A stretch of DNA of 64,000 bases from an uncultured Elusimicrobia bacterium (GTDB taxonomy: Bacteria; Elusimicrobiota; Elusimicrobia; 2-01-FULL-59-12), in contig OY969767.1 of the NCBI GenBank assembly GCA_963702895.1, positions 320,001-384,000 of the forward strand, in the 5' to 3' direction. This document shows positions 19,666-29,593 of this stretch, piece by piece. Numbering within the stretch: the first letter of the stretch is position 1; each line of letters starts with the position of its first letter. Both the position numbers and the translations under genes were made by a program. The notes under the pieces were generated by a model, which was not told where the DNA came from, did not search any database, and saw only the letters and a list, made by a program, of their open reading frames with translations.

Positions 19666-20120
19666 TTCGATCCTCCCTTGGGGTTCGGCTTGAACAGGAC
19701 CAGCGCCATCACGATCCCGAAGAGGCTCCCCGTGACCAAGAGGTCGATGGCCAGGTTGCAGAACGGCACGATTCCCCCGCTCCAGAACTCGTAGGGCTGC
19801 CCTTTGCCCAGGAAATTGAAAAAGAAATAGCCTTTCTCCATCAGCCCGCCGACCGCGATGCCCACCAGCAACAGGCCTCCGAACGAAGCCATGATCCGGC
19901 AGGCGCCCTGCGTCAGGATCGCGTAGACCACATCCTTCCCGAAGGCCACGAGTAGCAGGACCATGGCCAGCGCCATGATCACGCCGGCGGCGAAGCCGTC
20001 CCCATGCGTGATCTGCCCATGGAAGACGATATAAAACGCGTACAGGAGCATCAGGCGCGAAACCGGCCGGGCGACGGTGCTCACGATGCGCGAGAGGCTG
20101 GAAGTCGGTCGCGGGCTCAT
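19662..20120 (-). CDS. MnhB-domain membrane subunit
   Basis: HGQITHGDGFAAG, a variant of the GHxxPGGGF motif. Confidence 0.8.
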   Translation of the reverse strand: MSPRPTSSLSRIVSTVARPVSRLMLLYAFYIVFHGQITHGDGFAAGVIMALAMVLLLVAFGKDVVYAILTQGACRIMASFGGLLLVGIAVGGLMEKGYFFFNFLGKGQPYEFWSGGIVPFCNLAIDLLVTGSLFGIVMALVLFKPNPKGGSK

Positions 20121-20665
20121 TCGTCCGCCTCCGGAGCCTGCTCGCCGGGCCGCGCTTTCCCTTCGCGCCGCAGGATGGCCAGGGCCCCCAGGAACGCCGC
20201 GAAGAGCGCCGTGGCCTCGCCCATGCGGTCGTAGGCGCGGTAGTTCAGGGATACCGCCGCGACGAGATTGGTCGCGCCGGTCTGCGCGAGCCCCTCCTGC
20301 AGATACGTCGAAGCGACGCGCAGCGCCGGGTAGCCGAAGGCCGGCAGTTCCGCGATCGCCTTCCAGGCCGCGCCCAGGAACGCGATCACGAAAAACACCG
20401 CGATGCCGGTGTTCAAGACCCACCGTCCTGAGGTGGAAAAGGGAAGGTCTTTCCGGATGGTCGCCCGGATGAGGATGATCAGGCACAGGATTTCGATGAT
20501 CAACTGCGTGATGGCGACATCCGGCGCCTTCAGGATGAGAAAGGCCACCGAGAGCCCGAGGCCCACGGCGCTCACCGAGACCGCGCTGGAGAGCAAATCC
20601 TCCATCTCGATCGCCGCGAACGCCGTCACGATCATGAATCCCATCAGAAGATACAGTTCAATCAT
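20117..20665 (-). CDS. MbhD/MbhE-like (DUF4040) membrane subunit
   Basis: LKAPDVAIT and NLVAAVSLNYRAYDRMGE motifs. Confidence 0.82.
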   Translation of the reverse strand: MIELYLLMGFMIVTAFAAIEMEDLLSSAVSVSAVGLGLSVAFLILKAPDVAITQLIIEILCLIILIRATIRKDLPFSTSGRWVLNTGIAVFFVIAFLGAAWKAIAELPAFGYPALRVASTYLQEGLAQTGATNLVAAVSLNYRAYDRMGEATALFAAFLGALAILRREGKARPGEQAPEADE

Positions 20666-20668
20666 CGT

Positions 20669-22321
20669 CTACCTCGCCAACATCGCCAGCAGCACCGCCG
20701 CGCCCAGCAGGCACCAGGCCAAATACGTCGGCAGAATGCCGTTGTGCAGGTACTGAAAAAATTGGTGGACATGCCGCACGGCTCGGCCGCCGGCCTCATA
20801 GGGGTCGAAGCGCCGCTCTTCCGCCCACGCGTAAAGGGATTTCAACGGGCCGAGATCCTGGATCGTCTTGTAGAACTCCGTGCCGGAGACGCGCATCTCC
20901 GGGTGCTCGGCGACGCTCTCGCCTCCCACGAAAGGATCGGTCACGCGCACCCCCGCGCGCCGGCCCAGGAGGTAAATGAGAAAGCCCGCGGCCAGGCCGG
21001 CCAGGAGCAGGCCCGTCGCCAGGCCGGGGTTCCAGAAGCCCGGGTATTGAACGGTCTCGTGAAGGCTGGGATTAATCAACCAACGCAGCGGCACCTGGAA
21101 GGCAAAGACGCCGAAAAGAACACACAGAAGCGCCAAGACCACGCAGGGGACCCACATCCGCGGCGAAGGGTCCAACTTGAACGGGAGACGTCCATGCCAG
21201 GCCGCAGCCGGCTGGCCCAGGAAGACGGCGTGGATGATTTTCATGAAGCTGGCCAGCGTCAAGGCGCTTCCGAACATGGCCGCGGTGAGCCACACGATCC
21301 ACAGCGGACTGCCGCCGCGGCCGGTCTCGATGATGCCCTGATAGATCATCCACTTGGAGGCAAATCCGTTTAAAGGCGGAACGCCCGCGATCGCCATCGC
21401 TGCCACGAGCGAAGTGACGAAGGTGATGGGCATCAGGCGGCTGAGGCCGCCGAGCTCAGAGAGGCTCGAGGTGCCCGTCTTCTGCTCGACGGAACCAGCG
21501 CCGAGGAAAAGGCAGGATTTGTAAAGGGCATTGTTCAGCATGTGGAAGAGCCCGCCCGCCACGCCGACGGGAATCCCAGTGCCGATTCCCATCATCATGT
21601 AGCCAACCTGGCTGACCGCATGGTAGCCGAGGAGCCGTTTGAGGTCATGCTGGACGAGCGCCATCATCACCCCCGCCACGAGGGTGAGGCTTCCGACCCC
21701 CATCAGGACCCCGTTCAAGGCCGGCGAGAGACTGAACATCTGAAGCGAGAGGCGGACCAGGAAATAGATGCCGAGCAGCTTATCTACAGAAGCGGGCAAG
21801 AAAGCTGTGACCGGGATTGGCGCGTCCTCCGCGACATCCGGCACCCAGGAGTGAAACGGCATCGCGCCGGCCTTGGCCAGGGCCCCCGCGGCCAGACACA
21901 GATAGGCCAGCGCCTCGGCCCAGGTGGCGGTCGGCAGATGGATTTGGTCCATAGAGAGGGTCCCCGCGAGCTTCCCCACGAGCCCGATCCCCAGGATCAT
22001 GAGGGCGTCGGTTCCCCCGATGATGATGAGCGCCTTCGCGGCGGTCGCCGGCGTGCGCACGCGGTCGCCGAAACCGACCAGGATATAAAGGAGAAAGGCG
22101 AGGAACCCCCAGAAAACCAAGAGGATCACAAGGTGATTGGCGAAGACGGCGCCGAGACCGGCGGCAAACGTCAGGGAGAGATACACGTTGTAGCCCCGGC
22201 GGCGGGGCGCCTCCATCGGGATGCCGGAAGAGTAAAGGAGGGTGAGCAGCGTGAAAAAGCCGAGGAAGGCGGCGATGAAGAGCGAGAGCGCGTCCACCCG
22301 GAAAAGGGCGCCGGTGTTCAT
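20669..22321 (-). CDS. Second antiporter-like (NuoL/MrpD family) membrane subunit
   Basis: KAGAMPFHSWVPD, KRLLGYHAVSQVGY and GVPPLNGFASKW motifs. Confidence 0.88.
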   Translation of the reverse strand: MNTGALFRVDALSLFIAAFLGFFTLLTLLYSSGIPMEAPRRRGYNVYLSLTFAAGLGAVFANHLVILLVFWGFLAFLLYILVGFGDRVRTPATAAKALIIIGGTDALMILGIGLVGKLAGTLSMDQIHLPTATWAEALAYLCLAAGALAKAGAMPFHSWVPDVAEDAPIPVTAFLPASVDKLLGIYFLVRLSLQMFSLSPALNGVLMGVGSLTLVAGVMMALVQHDLKRLLGYHAVSQVGYMMMGIGTGIPVGVAGGLFHMLNNALYKSCLFLGAGSVEQKTGTSSLSELGGLSRLMPITFVTSLVAAMAIAGVPPLNGFASKWMIYQGIIETGRGGSPLWIVWLTAAMFGSALTLASFMKIIHAVFLGQPAAAWHGRLPFKLDPSPRMWVPCVVLALLCVLFGVFAFQVPLRWLINPSLHETVQYPGFWNPGLATGLLLAGLAAGFLIYLLGRRAGVRVTDPFVGGESVAEHPEMRVSGTEFYKTIQDLGPLKSLYAWAEERRFDPYEAGGRAVRHVHQFFQYLHNGILPTYLAWCLLGAAVLLAMLAR

Positions 22322-23505
22322 ACTGGCAGCCCCGCGGAGCGGCGGAGTTCTTCGGTCTTGGCCTGGCAGAGTTTCACGAGGTCGTCGCCGTTCATCAACT
22401 TCTGACCGGCCGTGTTGCGCACAGCCAGGCGCTCGGTGCAGCAATAGCAGGGGTCGATCGCAGCCAGGATAATGGCGGCATCCGAGATCGTCGCTCCCAG
22501 CATGGTCGCCTTATAAGTCGGCAGGTTCATAAAGGTCGGCGCGCGGACCTTGTGGCGGACGGGGCGGTTCGTCCCGTCGCTGCGCACGTAATGGAACGTC
22601 TCTCCCCGCGGCGCCTCATGCTGGCCGATCCCTTCGCCCACCGGCAGCGTCTTGAACTTGGCGTCGATCTCGCCGGGGGGCAGGTGCGTCAGGAAGTATT
22701 TCACCATCTTGACGGACTCAAAGGTCTCCAGGACGCGCATCAAGAGCTTCTCAAAAACGTCGCCCTTTTCGCCGACGATCATCTGCCAGTCCACCTGGTC
22801 ATAGGCCGCGTAGGGGCAGTTTTTCCGGATGTCCTTGGCGACGCCCGAGGCCCGCGCGGTGGGGCCGACGGCGCTGAAGTCGATCGCCGCCTGCTTGGAG
22901 AGGATGCCGACGCCTTTTGTGCGCGCCTGCAGCACCGGATCGTCCATCACGGCCCGGCGCAGCATCTCCAGGGTCGGCATAATGGAATCGAACTTCTTCA
23001 AAACGACCGGGATATCCTCCGCCTTGATGTCGCGCCGCACGCCCCCGGGACGAAACATCCCGTAGTTGTTGCGGTTGCCGGAGAGGATCTCCATCACGTC
23101 CAGAATTTCTTCCCGCAGCTTCCAGGCCCACATGAAAACGGTGTTGTAGCCAAGGAAATGTCCGGCGAGCCCCAGCCACAAGAGATGCGAATGCACGCGC
23201 TCGCTCTCGGCGATGATCACGCGGATGGCCTTGGCGCGCTCGGGGACCTCGATCCCGGCGATGTCCTCGACCGCCTCGACGAAGGCGAACGGGTGGCTGG
23301 TGGAGCAGATCCCGCAAATGCGCTCCACGACGAAGGTGGACTGGTCGTAGGTCTTCATCTCCGAAAGCTTCTCGATGCCGCGGTGGTTGTAGCCGACGTG
23401 CACGTCGATGCCGGTGACCTTTTCACCGTCCACCGTCAGGCTGAAGAACTCCGGTTCTTCCTGGAGCGGATGGTAAGGGCCGATGGGAATAATCGTGCGG
23501 CTCAT
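22318..23505 (-). CDS. Group 4 [NiFe]-hydrogenase large subunit
   Basis: L1 ERICGIC, EAPRGE, and L2 DPCYCCTER followed by a C-terminal extension. Confidence 0.94.
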   Translation of the reverse strand: MSRTIIPIGPYHPLQEEPEFFSLTVDGEKVTGIDVHVGYNHRGIEKLSEMKTYDQSTFVVERICGICSTSHPFAFVEAVEDIAGIEVPERAKAIRVIIAESERVHSHLLWLGLAGHFLGYNTVFMWAWKLREEILDVMEILSGNRNNYGMFRPGGVRRDIKAEDIPVVLKKFDSIMPTLEMLRRAVMDDPVLQARTKGVGILSKQAAIDFSAVGPTARASGVAKDIRKNCPYAAYDQVDWQMIVGEKGDVFEKLLMRVLETFESVKMVKYFLTHLPPGEIDAKFKTLPVGEGIGQHEAPRGETFHYVRSDGTNRPVRHKVRAPTFMNLPTYKATMLGATISDAAIILAAIDPCYCCTERLAVRNTAGQKLMNGDDLVKLCQAKTEELRRSAGLPV

Positions 23506-23972
23506 GAAGCCCCCCGGTCCCGGATCGCCTTCGGGTCCCATTCCTTGTAGTCGCGGCGCAGGGGGTAAACTTCCGCCGGCCACTCGTCCGGCAGGAGGAG
23601 CTTCCGTAGGTCAGGGTGCCCCCGGTAGCGGATGCCCAGGAGCTCGTGGATTTCGCGCTCGACCCAGTTGGCCGCTTCGCAGACCGGCGTGAGCGCATCC
23701 ATCTCCGGGTTGGACTTCGGCAGGCGCACCCGAAGCGAGAGGATCAAATTGATTTCATCCAGCGTGAAGTGATAGAGGACCTCAAAATGCGAGCGCGCGT
23801 CGATCCCTGAGGCGGTATTGAGACGCGCGCCCAGCTCTTGGAACAGGTAGCGGCCGGTTTCGCGGAAGGCCTCCGCGGGGACCTCGACGTAGACGCGCTT
23901 CGCCGAGCGCTCGAAGAGAGCGCTGCTCGGCAGGCGCTTGCGCAGTTCCTTCAGAACCTCGTCGCGTGTCAT
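23502..23972 (-). CDS. NuoC-like hydrogenase subunit
   Basis: ANWVEREIHELLGI and GHPDLRKLLLP..YPLRRD motifs. Confidence 0.9.
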   Translation of the reverse strand: MTRDEVLKELRKRLPSSALFERSAKRVYVEVPAEAFRETGRYLFQELGARLNTASGIDARSHFEVLYHFTLDEINLILSLRVRLPKSNPEMDALTPVCEAANWVEREIHELLGIRYRGHPDLRKLLLPDEWPAEVYPLRRDYKEWDPKAIRDRGAS

Positions 23973-24427
23973 GGCGCTGCCTTTTCCGCCGGCGGCTTGG
24001 TGCCGGCCTGGCCTTGGACCTTCTGAATGAGCTTGACCACCCCCGCGATGATCGCCTCCGGCCGCGGCGGGCAGCCCGGGATGTAGACGTCCACCGGGAT
24101 CACCTTGTCAATCGGGACCGGGCAGTTGTAGCTGTGGATGAAGAGGCCGCGCGAGAGCGCGCATTCGCCGATCGCCACGACCAGGCACGGCTTGGGCACC
24201 TGCTCGTAGAGGCGTTTCACGCGCTCCATCGATTTCCGATTGGCTGATCCTGTGACAAGCAGGACGTCGGCGTGCCGGGGGCTGCCGGCAAGCAGCATCC
24301 CAAAGCGCTCAATGTCGAAACGCGGCGTCAGGCAGTCCAGGATTTCGATGTCGCAGTTGTTGCAGCTGCCGGTGGACAAGTGATACACCCACGGCGACTT
24401 GAGCAGAGCGCGCAGCGTAATGCTCAT
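23969..24427 (-). CDS. Hydrogenase small subunit (NuoB-like)
   Basis: GSCNNCDIE, SPRHADVL, GECA and PGCPPRP motifs. Confidence 0.92.
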   Translation of the reverse strand: MSITLRALLKSPWVYHLSTGSCNNCDIEILDCLTPRFDIERFGMLLAGSPRHADVLLVTGSANRKSMERVKRLYEQVPKPCLVVAIGECALSRGLFIHSYNCPVPIDKVIPVDVYIPGCPPRPEAIIAGVVKLIQKVQGQAGTKPPAEKAAP

Positions 24428-24428
24428 T

Positions 24429-25352
24429 TCAATAGCCTCCCCAAGCGAGGGCGACGGCTGCCAGCGCCACCCCGGTGACCGGTCCCCAAAAGAAGCGGAC
24501 CGCCTGGTCCACGCGGACCCGCGGATTGGTATTGCGGATGACGGTGATCACCGCCACGATGCCAAGGCCCCAGAGCGCGCCCCAGAGAATCCCCCAGCCC
24601 TGCGCGGAAGGGCCTCCCAGGAAGAGAACGATCAGGAAGAGCGGCAGCGTAAAGAGCAGCATGGACCGCATCAGCCGGAAAAGGGCGAGCGGCGCGCCGG
24701 AATACTCCACGAGCAGGCCACCCATGATCTCCGTCTCCGCTTCCGCCGCGTCAAAAGGCACGAGGCCCAGCTTGGCCACGACGCAAAGGAGCGCCACCGC
24801 CAGCGCCAGCATCCCGGACGGATGGGACGCGACGATGCCCGCCTGCGCCTGAGAAGCCACGATCTCGTCCAGGCGCAGCGCGTAGCCCGTCTGGATCACG
24901 GGGACCAGTACCGCCAGGATAAACGGCAGTTCGTAACTGAGGACCATTTTCATCTCCCGCGAGGCGCCGAGGCTCGCGAAGGGATTGGCCGAGGCCAGGG
25001 CTCCCATCATCAGGCTGATGGAAGGCAGGACGAGCAGGTACAGGAGGACGATGATGTCCCCGGAAAAGGTTCCCTCGGGCCGCCAGAGCGCCATGCCGAG
25101 GAGCGCGGACGCCGTCGCCACGCCCGCCACCCCCAGGACCGGGGCGCCGAGGAATACCCATCGCGAGGCGCCGGCGGGGATGAGCGTTTCCTTCCCCAGG
25201 AGCTTCACGAGGTCAATCCAGGGCTGCAAGAGCGGCGGTCCGACGCGGTACTGCACGCGCGCCGTCACCTTGCGGTCGATGGCGCTGGCGAGGAGCCCGC
25301 CGGCAATCGGCAGCATCAGGCCAAAAACGAGAAAGCCAAGGACGATGGTCAT
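24429..25352 (-). CDS. NuoH/HycD-like membrane subunit
   Basis: DRKVTARVQYRVGPP and PFDAAEAETEI motifs. Confidence 0.9.
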   Translation of the reverse strand: MTIVLGFLVFGLMLPIAGGLLASAIDRKVTARVQYRVGPPLLQPWIDLVKLLGKETLIPAGASRWVFLGAPVLGVAGVATASALLGMALWRPEGTFSGDIIVLLYLLVLPSISLMMGALASANPFASLGASREMKMVLSYELPFILAVLVPVIQTGYALRLDEIVASQAQAGIVASHPSGMLALAVALLCVVAKLGLVPFDAAEAETEIMGGLLVEYSGAPLALFRLMRSMLLFTLPLFLIVLFLGGPSAQGWGILWGALWGLGIVAVITVIRNTNPRVRVDQAVRFFWGPVTGVALAAVALAWGGY

Positions 25353-25924
25353 GCCTTCTCCTTGCGCCAGTGGCTCGAGTGGACGATCAGGTGATCGCCT
25401 ACGAGGAACGTGTTTTCGTCCAGCGTCAGGTCGCCGCCTTTCAGGGCGAGAGCGCCGCGTGAGCAGGTCTTCACACAGAGCGGTTCGTCCTTCTGGTCGC
25501 GGCGATCCAGGCAAAAATCACAGTTGTGGAGGAGGTGGGGAAGCTGATCCGGGTAGATCGTGCCGTAGGGGCAGGCGTGCGAACAGGATTTGCAGCTCAC
25601 GCACCGCAAGGGGTGCCGCACGAGGATCTGCCCCTTCTCTTTTTGCTGCTCGAGCGCGTCATGCGGGCAGGCCTTTACGCAGTGCGGCTCGGAGCAGCGG
25701 CGGCAGACAAGCGCATAGGCCGCCAATTCCGAAACGCAGCGGATCCCGTTATTTCCGGGCGCTTGAACATGGGCGTAATAGCTGCAGCCGACTTCGCAGG
25801 CGCCGCAGGCTTCGCGGCGGCACACGTCGAGGTCGATGAAGAGGCGCTGGTCCGGCCCCGGCCGGGGCGCGGCGTTCAGTTGCCCTTGATAGAGCTCTTC
25901 GGTGGCAAGAGGCGTCTTGGACAT
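25349..25924 (-). CDS. Multi-4Fe-4S ferredoxin-like subunit
   Basis: CRRCSEPHCVKACP, CVSCKSCSHACP and CDFC..CVKTC motifs. Confidence 0.87.
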   Translation of the reverse strand: MSKTPLATEELYQGQLNAAPRPGPDQRLFIDLDVCRREACGACEVGCSYYAHVQAPGNNGIRCVSELAAYALVCRRCSEPHCVKACPHDALEQQKEKGQILVRHPLRCVSCKSCSHACPYGTIYPDQLPHLLHNCDFCLDRRDQKDEPLCVKTCSRGALALKGGDLTLDENTFLVGDHLIVHSSHWRKEKA

Positions 25925-25928
25925 ACGC

Positions 25929-26753
25929 TTAATCCCAGATCTCCGGCAGGTCCCGGATCTGATCGAACCGGAACACCGGACCGTCCTTGCAGGTGTAGTA
26001 GGTCCCCAGGCGGCAATGGCCGCACTTCCCGATCCCGCAGGACATGTTCTTTTCCATTGAGAGGTACATGTTCTTCACCTGGAACCCCATCTCCAGGACT
26101 TTCTTGCTGCCGAATTTCATCATGATCGGCGGCCCGCAGAGCACGGCGATGGCCTCTTTAAAATCCAGGCGCACACTGTCCAGGATCGTGGTCACCACGC
26201 CCACCGGCCCCTTCCAGGTGTCGTCCCCTTTGTCCACGGTGAGCTTGAGGTCCAGGTCCTTGCGCTCGCCCCACCCTTCGATCTCCCGGCGGTAGAGAAA
26301 ATCACTCGGGCTCTTGCAGCCGCCCCGAAACACGAGCTTCTTCAGCTGTCCGCTCATCTCGAAGAAGCTGTACATCAAGCTGCGCAGCGGCGCAAACCCG
26401 CAGCCCCCGCCGAGCACCATGACTTCCTTTCCTTTAAATTCTTCCAGCGGATAGCCATTGCCGAACGGGCCGCGCACTCCGATAACGTCGCCTTTTTTGA
26501 GCTGGTGGATCTGCTCCGTGACTTTGCCCACTTTCATGACGCTCACTTCCAGGACGTCGTCAACCCCTGGCTTCGAGGAGGGCGTAAAGGGCGACTCTCC
26601 AACGCCCGGGACGGTCAACTCAATAAACTGTCCCGTCCGGAAGCGCAAGGGAGTGGCGGGACGAAAACGGATCGTCTTGATCGTCGTCGTCTCGGGGATC
26701 ACCTCGAGCACTTCCGCGCGGACCGGCCGATAGGGATTGAGGGTCTCAGACAT
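25929..26753 (-). CDS. FAD/NAD(P)-binding subunit with 2Fe-2S (sulfhydrogenase gamma / AsrB-like)
   Basis: RGPFGNG, GGGCGFAPLRS, CGPPIMM and CGIGKCGHC..CKDGPVF motifs. Confidence 0.9.
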   Translation of the reverse strand: MSETLNPYRPVRAEVLEVIPETTTIKTIRFRPATPLRFRTGQFIELTVPGVGESPFTPSSKPGVDDVLEVSVMKVGKVTEQIHQLKKGDVIGVRGPFGNGYPLEEFKGKEVMVLGGGCGFAPLRSLMYSFFEMSGQLKKLVFRGGCKSPSDFLYRREIEGWGERKDLDLKLTVDKGDDTWKGPVGVVTTILDSVRLDFKEAIAVLCGPPIMMKFGSKKVLEMGFQVKNMYLSMEKNMSCGIGKCGHCRLGTYYTCKDGPVFRFDQIRDLPEIWD

Positions 26754-27807
26754 GGGCTAAATTCTTCATCACGCGCCGGATGTCGATGCGCGCCGGGCAG
26801 GCGGAAATGCAGCGGCCGCAGCCCGTGCAGGCGAGCGTCCCGGACACCTTGGGAAAATAGTCGAACTTCTTCTCGAAACGGTTGCGCAGTCGCGTCCAGA
26901 GGCGTTTCCTGGGGTTGGCGCCGCCCGCGACGCGGGCGTAATCCTTCAGCAGGCAGGAATCCCAGGTCCGGAAGCGGTTGAGCTCCCCTTCCTTCTTCTT
27001 CTGGTCGTAGAGCAGAAAGCAGTGGCAGGTGGGGCAGATCTGCGTGCAGGCTCCGCATTCCACGCAGGTCTTGGCTTCCTCTTCCCAGAGCGGCGCCGTA
27101 TACGCCCGGCCGACCGCGCCGCGGACCTTCTGCTCATCCGGGACCTCGTGCTGCTTCAGATTTTTCTTCACCTGGCCGGCGACGTGGGCGCGCTGTTCGT
27201 CCCGGGCCCGCAGGTCCTCAGGATCGACTGTGCCGAAAAGCGCGGGGTCCTCCTTCAGGAGGTTTTCTCCCTTCGCGGAGCCCGCTTCCACCACGAAGCC
27301 TTTGGGAACGGAGGATAAGTTCAAATCGAAGTGTCCGACGGGATGCGGCTCCACGCCGACCGCGAGGCAAAAGCAGGTGTCGATCGCCGTCGTGCAGTCC
27401 GCGCTGATGAGAAGCGTCTCTTCACGGTTGCGGGAATAGAAGGGGTCGGGCGAGTCCGGGTTGTAGAAGACAAAATCCTGGACGAGAAAGCCTTTCAAGT
27501 CGCAGGCCTTGGCGCCGATGATCGCGATGGGTTTTTTCCGAGAGGAGGGGCAATCGCTCTCGAAGTTCACCGCCACGCGCTCGCGGGCCTGGAGGAAGAA
27601 GGACTTCAAGGGTTCCGCGGTCCTCACTTCGCCGATCACGGGCTCCGCTGCGCTCAGGGGATAACGCTCGAAATGGCGGTGCCCCTTTCGGAGGACCGGC
27701 ACATAAACTTGATAGCGCGCGGCAAGATGGTCCAGAAAACGAGAGAGGTCGGTCTCGCGAAGCATCGCGAGCTTCTGCGTGGCGCCGCCCGGCCGCGTCT
27801 CCTTCAT
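26746..27807 (-). CDS. 4Fe-4S subunit (sulfhydrogenase beta / AsrA-like)
   Basis: TCFC, CVECGACTQICPTCHCF, RTWDSC and CTGCGRCISACP motifs. Confidence 0.88.
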   Translation of the reverse strand: MKETRPGGATQKLAMLRETDLSRFLDHLAARYQVYVPVLRKGHRHFERYPLSAAEPVIGEVRTAEPLKSFFLQARERVAVNFESDCPSSRKKPIAIIGAKACDLKGFLVQDFVFYNPDSPDPFYSRNREETLLISADCTTAIDTCFCLAVGVEPHPVGHFDLNLSSVPKGFVVEAGSAKGENLLKEDPALFGTVDPEDLRARDEQRAHVAGQVKKNLKQHEVPDEQKVRGAVGRAYTAPLWEEEAKTCVECGACTQICPTCHCFLLYDQKKKEGELNRFRTWDSCLLKDYARVAGGANPRKRLWTRLRNRFEKKFDYFPKVSGTLACTGCGRCISACPARIDIRRVMKNLAHV

Positions 27808-28047
27808 TTGCTGCTCCCCTCCGGGAGGCGTTGAGTCTTCCGCTTCATGAAATCCTCTTCAGCGTCACGATTCTCGATCAGGGACGGTTCGTTGACAAGA
27901 AGACAAATGGCCTGCGCGTCAACGCGTTAAGCCGAATTTTATTGGATCGAATAAAGGCCGAGTATGATCTATGTCATGTAGGCGGGCTCCGCACGCTCCG
28001 CGAAGCAAGCGTGGGAAACAGGTCACGGCAAACAGCGGACGGAAAGG

Positions 28048-28698
28048 TTATTCCACTTCGATCTGGACTTCGTTGTGACGCAGGAACCACAGCGTATAGG
28101 GCGAGTTGTACCGAGCGAATATCGGTTCGCCTCTGGCTTTGAGGCCTTGCGCGGCAATCCATTGAAGGAGCGCCATCTTTTTCCCTTCATACCGAGATTC
28201 AGACCAGCCTCCGGAGTAGGTGATCACGGCGACTTTCCGCGCCGGGACCTGGCGAAGAGTGACCGCTGAATCGTTCGGCTTGGGGGCGGTCTCGGCGGTG
28301 TAGATCGCCGGAAGCGCAAAGGAGACGAGGTAGCCCTTTTCAGAAGGGGACTGGGAAACGGGCGCGGTCATCGCGATCTTTTCCGAAGAGCCTTGAGACT
28401 GCATGCCCACAGGAGCCGTCATGGGGATTTCTTTCTGGCCCTGGTTTTGGCCCTGAATATAGCGAAAGAGTTTCCAGAAAGCGATATTGCCCGCTTCCTT
28501 GAACGAGGCGATCACTTCCGTTTCCGCGACGGCATAGGACGCCGCCAGCCGCAGTTCAAAATCTCCATCACTCTGGACGACGCTGAATTTCGGCTGTTCG
28601 ATTCCCATCACAGCCCCCGTGAAGAGCATGAGCGGAACAAAGACAAGCAACTTTCTCAGCAAAGCGAACGGGATCCTGTCACACCGCCTTCGAAGCAC
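28048..28698 (-). CDS. SOUL heme-binding family protein
   Basis: AFWKLFRYIQG, IAMTAPV and YNSPYTLWFLRHNEV motifs. Confidence 0.88.
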   Translation of the reverse strand: MLRRRCDRIPFALLRKLLVFVPLMLFTGAVMGIEQPKFSVVQSDGDFELRLAASYAVAETEVIASFKEAGNIAFWKLFRYIQGQNQGQKEIPMTAPVGMQSQGSSEKIAMTAPVSQSPSEKGYLVSFALPAIYTAETAPKPNDSAVTLRQVPARKVAVITYSGGWSESRYEGKKMALLQWIAAQGLKARGEPIFARYNSPYTLWFLRHNEVQIEVE

Positions 28699-29348
28699 TA
28701 GCGGGATTCGATCAGCTGCTCGGCCGGGAAGCGCACCTTGGCAGCCGCGGCGTACTGGTCGGACGCGTCACGATAGCCCAGCGCGCAAACCACGACGGCG
28801 GAAAAGCCTTTGGCTTCAAGACCCAGAATACGGCTGTAGGCCTGCGGGTCAAAGCCTTCCATCGGGCAGGCGTCGACGCCTAAGAGCGCCGCGCTCATCA
28901 GGAGTGTTCCCAGCGCGATATAAGCCTGCCGCGCCGCCCACTCGCGCTGCATCCCCTTGCGCGGCCCATTGATCAGGTCTCCCAGCATCATCTCCGAATA
29001 GGCCGTGAGGGAGTCGACCGGGACGCCCCGGACTTTCGCGACCTGGGCGATGAACTTGGCCACGTCGGCCGCGGTGAGATGATGGGGAACGGCGAACACC
29101 ACGAGGTGCGAAGCCTCCACGATCTGCGGCTGGTTCCAGGAAACGGCTTGGAGCTCTTTGCGCAAGGCGGGGTCCCGCACGTCAACCAAGCGCCAGGGCT
29201 GAAGGCCGTAGGAGGAAGGGCTCAAGACCACCGCGTCGCGCAACGAGGCCCATGTTTCCGCGGGGATCTTTCGTTTTGAATCAAACTTTTTGGTGGCGTA
29301 GCGCCACTGAAGTTGCGCGAGCAGCTGATCTTTCGAAATGAAACTCAT
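28698..29348 (-). CDS. NAD(P)H nitroreductase family protein
   Basis: WRYATKKFD, SPSSYGLQPW and DACPMEGF motifs. Confidence 0.93.
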   Translation of the reverse strand: MSFISKDQLLAQLQWRYATKKFDSKRKIPAETWASLRDAVVLSPSSYGLQPWRLVDVRDPALRKELQAVSWNQPQIVEASHLVVFAVPHHLTAADVAKFIAQVAKVRGVPVDSLTAYSEMMLGDLINGPRKGMQREWAARQAYIALGTLLMSAALLGVDACPMEGFDPQAYSRILGLEAKGFSAVVVCALGYRDASDQYAAAAKVRFPAEQLIESR

Positions 29349-29507
29349 AAAGGATTCCTTTCTTGGCTCATCTTAGGGTTTGGCGTTTTGCGGCCACGGC
29401 TCGCGTGTTGTAACACCTGCCGTATGGAAATGGTTCCTGACGGGTCACCGGGGGACCGCCCCATAAGAAGAAGGAACGGTCATGCCAAGAGTCAAACGTC
29501 CTCCCCC

Positions 29508-29591
29508 TTACGTTCTGCTGTAGACGCCCATGAGGCTCGCTTGGGCGAGGATATGGCCTTTCATCGCGGCTTCCAGCGGAGCCTTTGTTCC
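29508..29591 (-). pseudogene. 3' remnant of a YbhB/YbcL (PEBP-like) gene
   Basis: The frame reads GTKAPLEAAMKGHILAQASLMGVYSRT-stop, resembling the family C-terminus; the upstream part is absent. Confidence 0.65.
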
Positions 29592-29593
29592 AA

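Noticed and set aside
15279..27807. Calling the operon complex I (nuo), a stand-alone Mrp antiporter or a sulfite reductase
   Set aside because: The large subunit keeps all four Ni-Fe cysteines, the maturation protease and HypA are present, and there is no AsrC-like siroheme subunit.
27890..27925. GTTGAC..GTCAAC dyad upstream of the hydrogenase operon as an FNR/Rex site
   Set aside because: The spacing does not fit either consensus; too weak to call.
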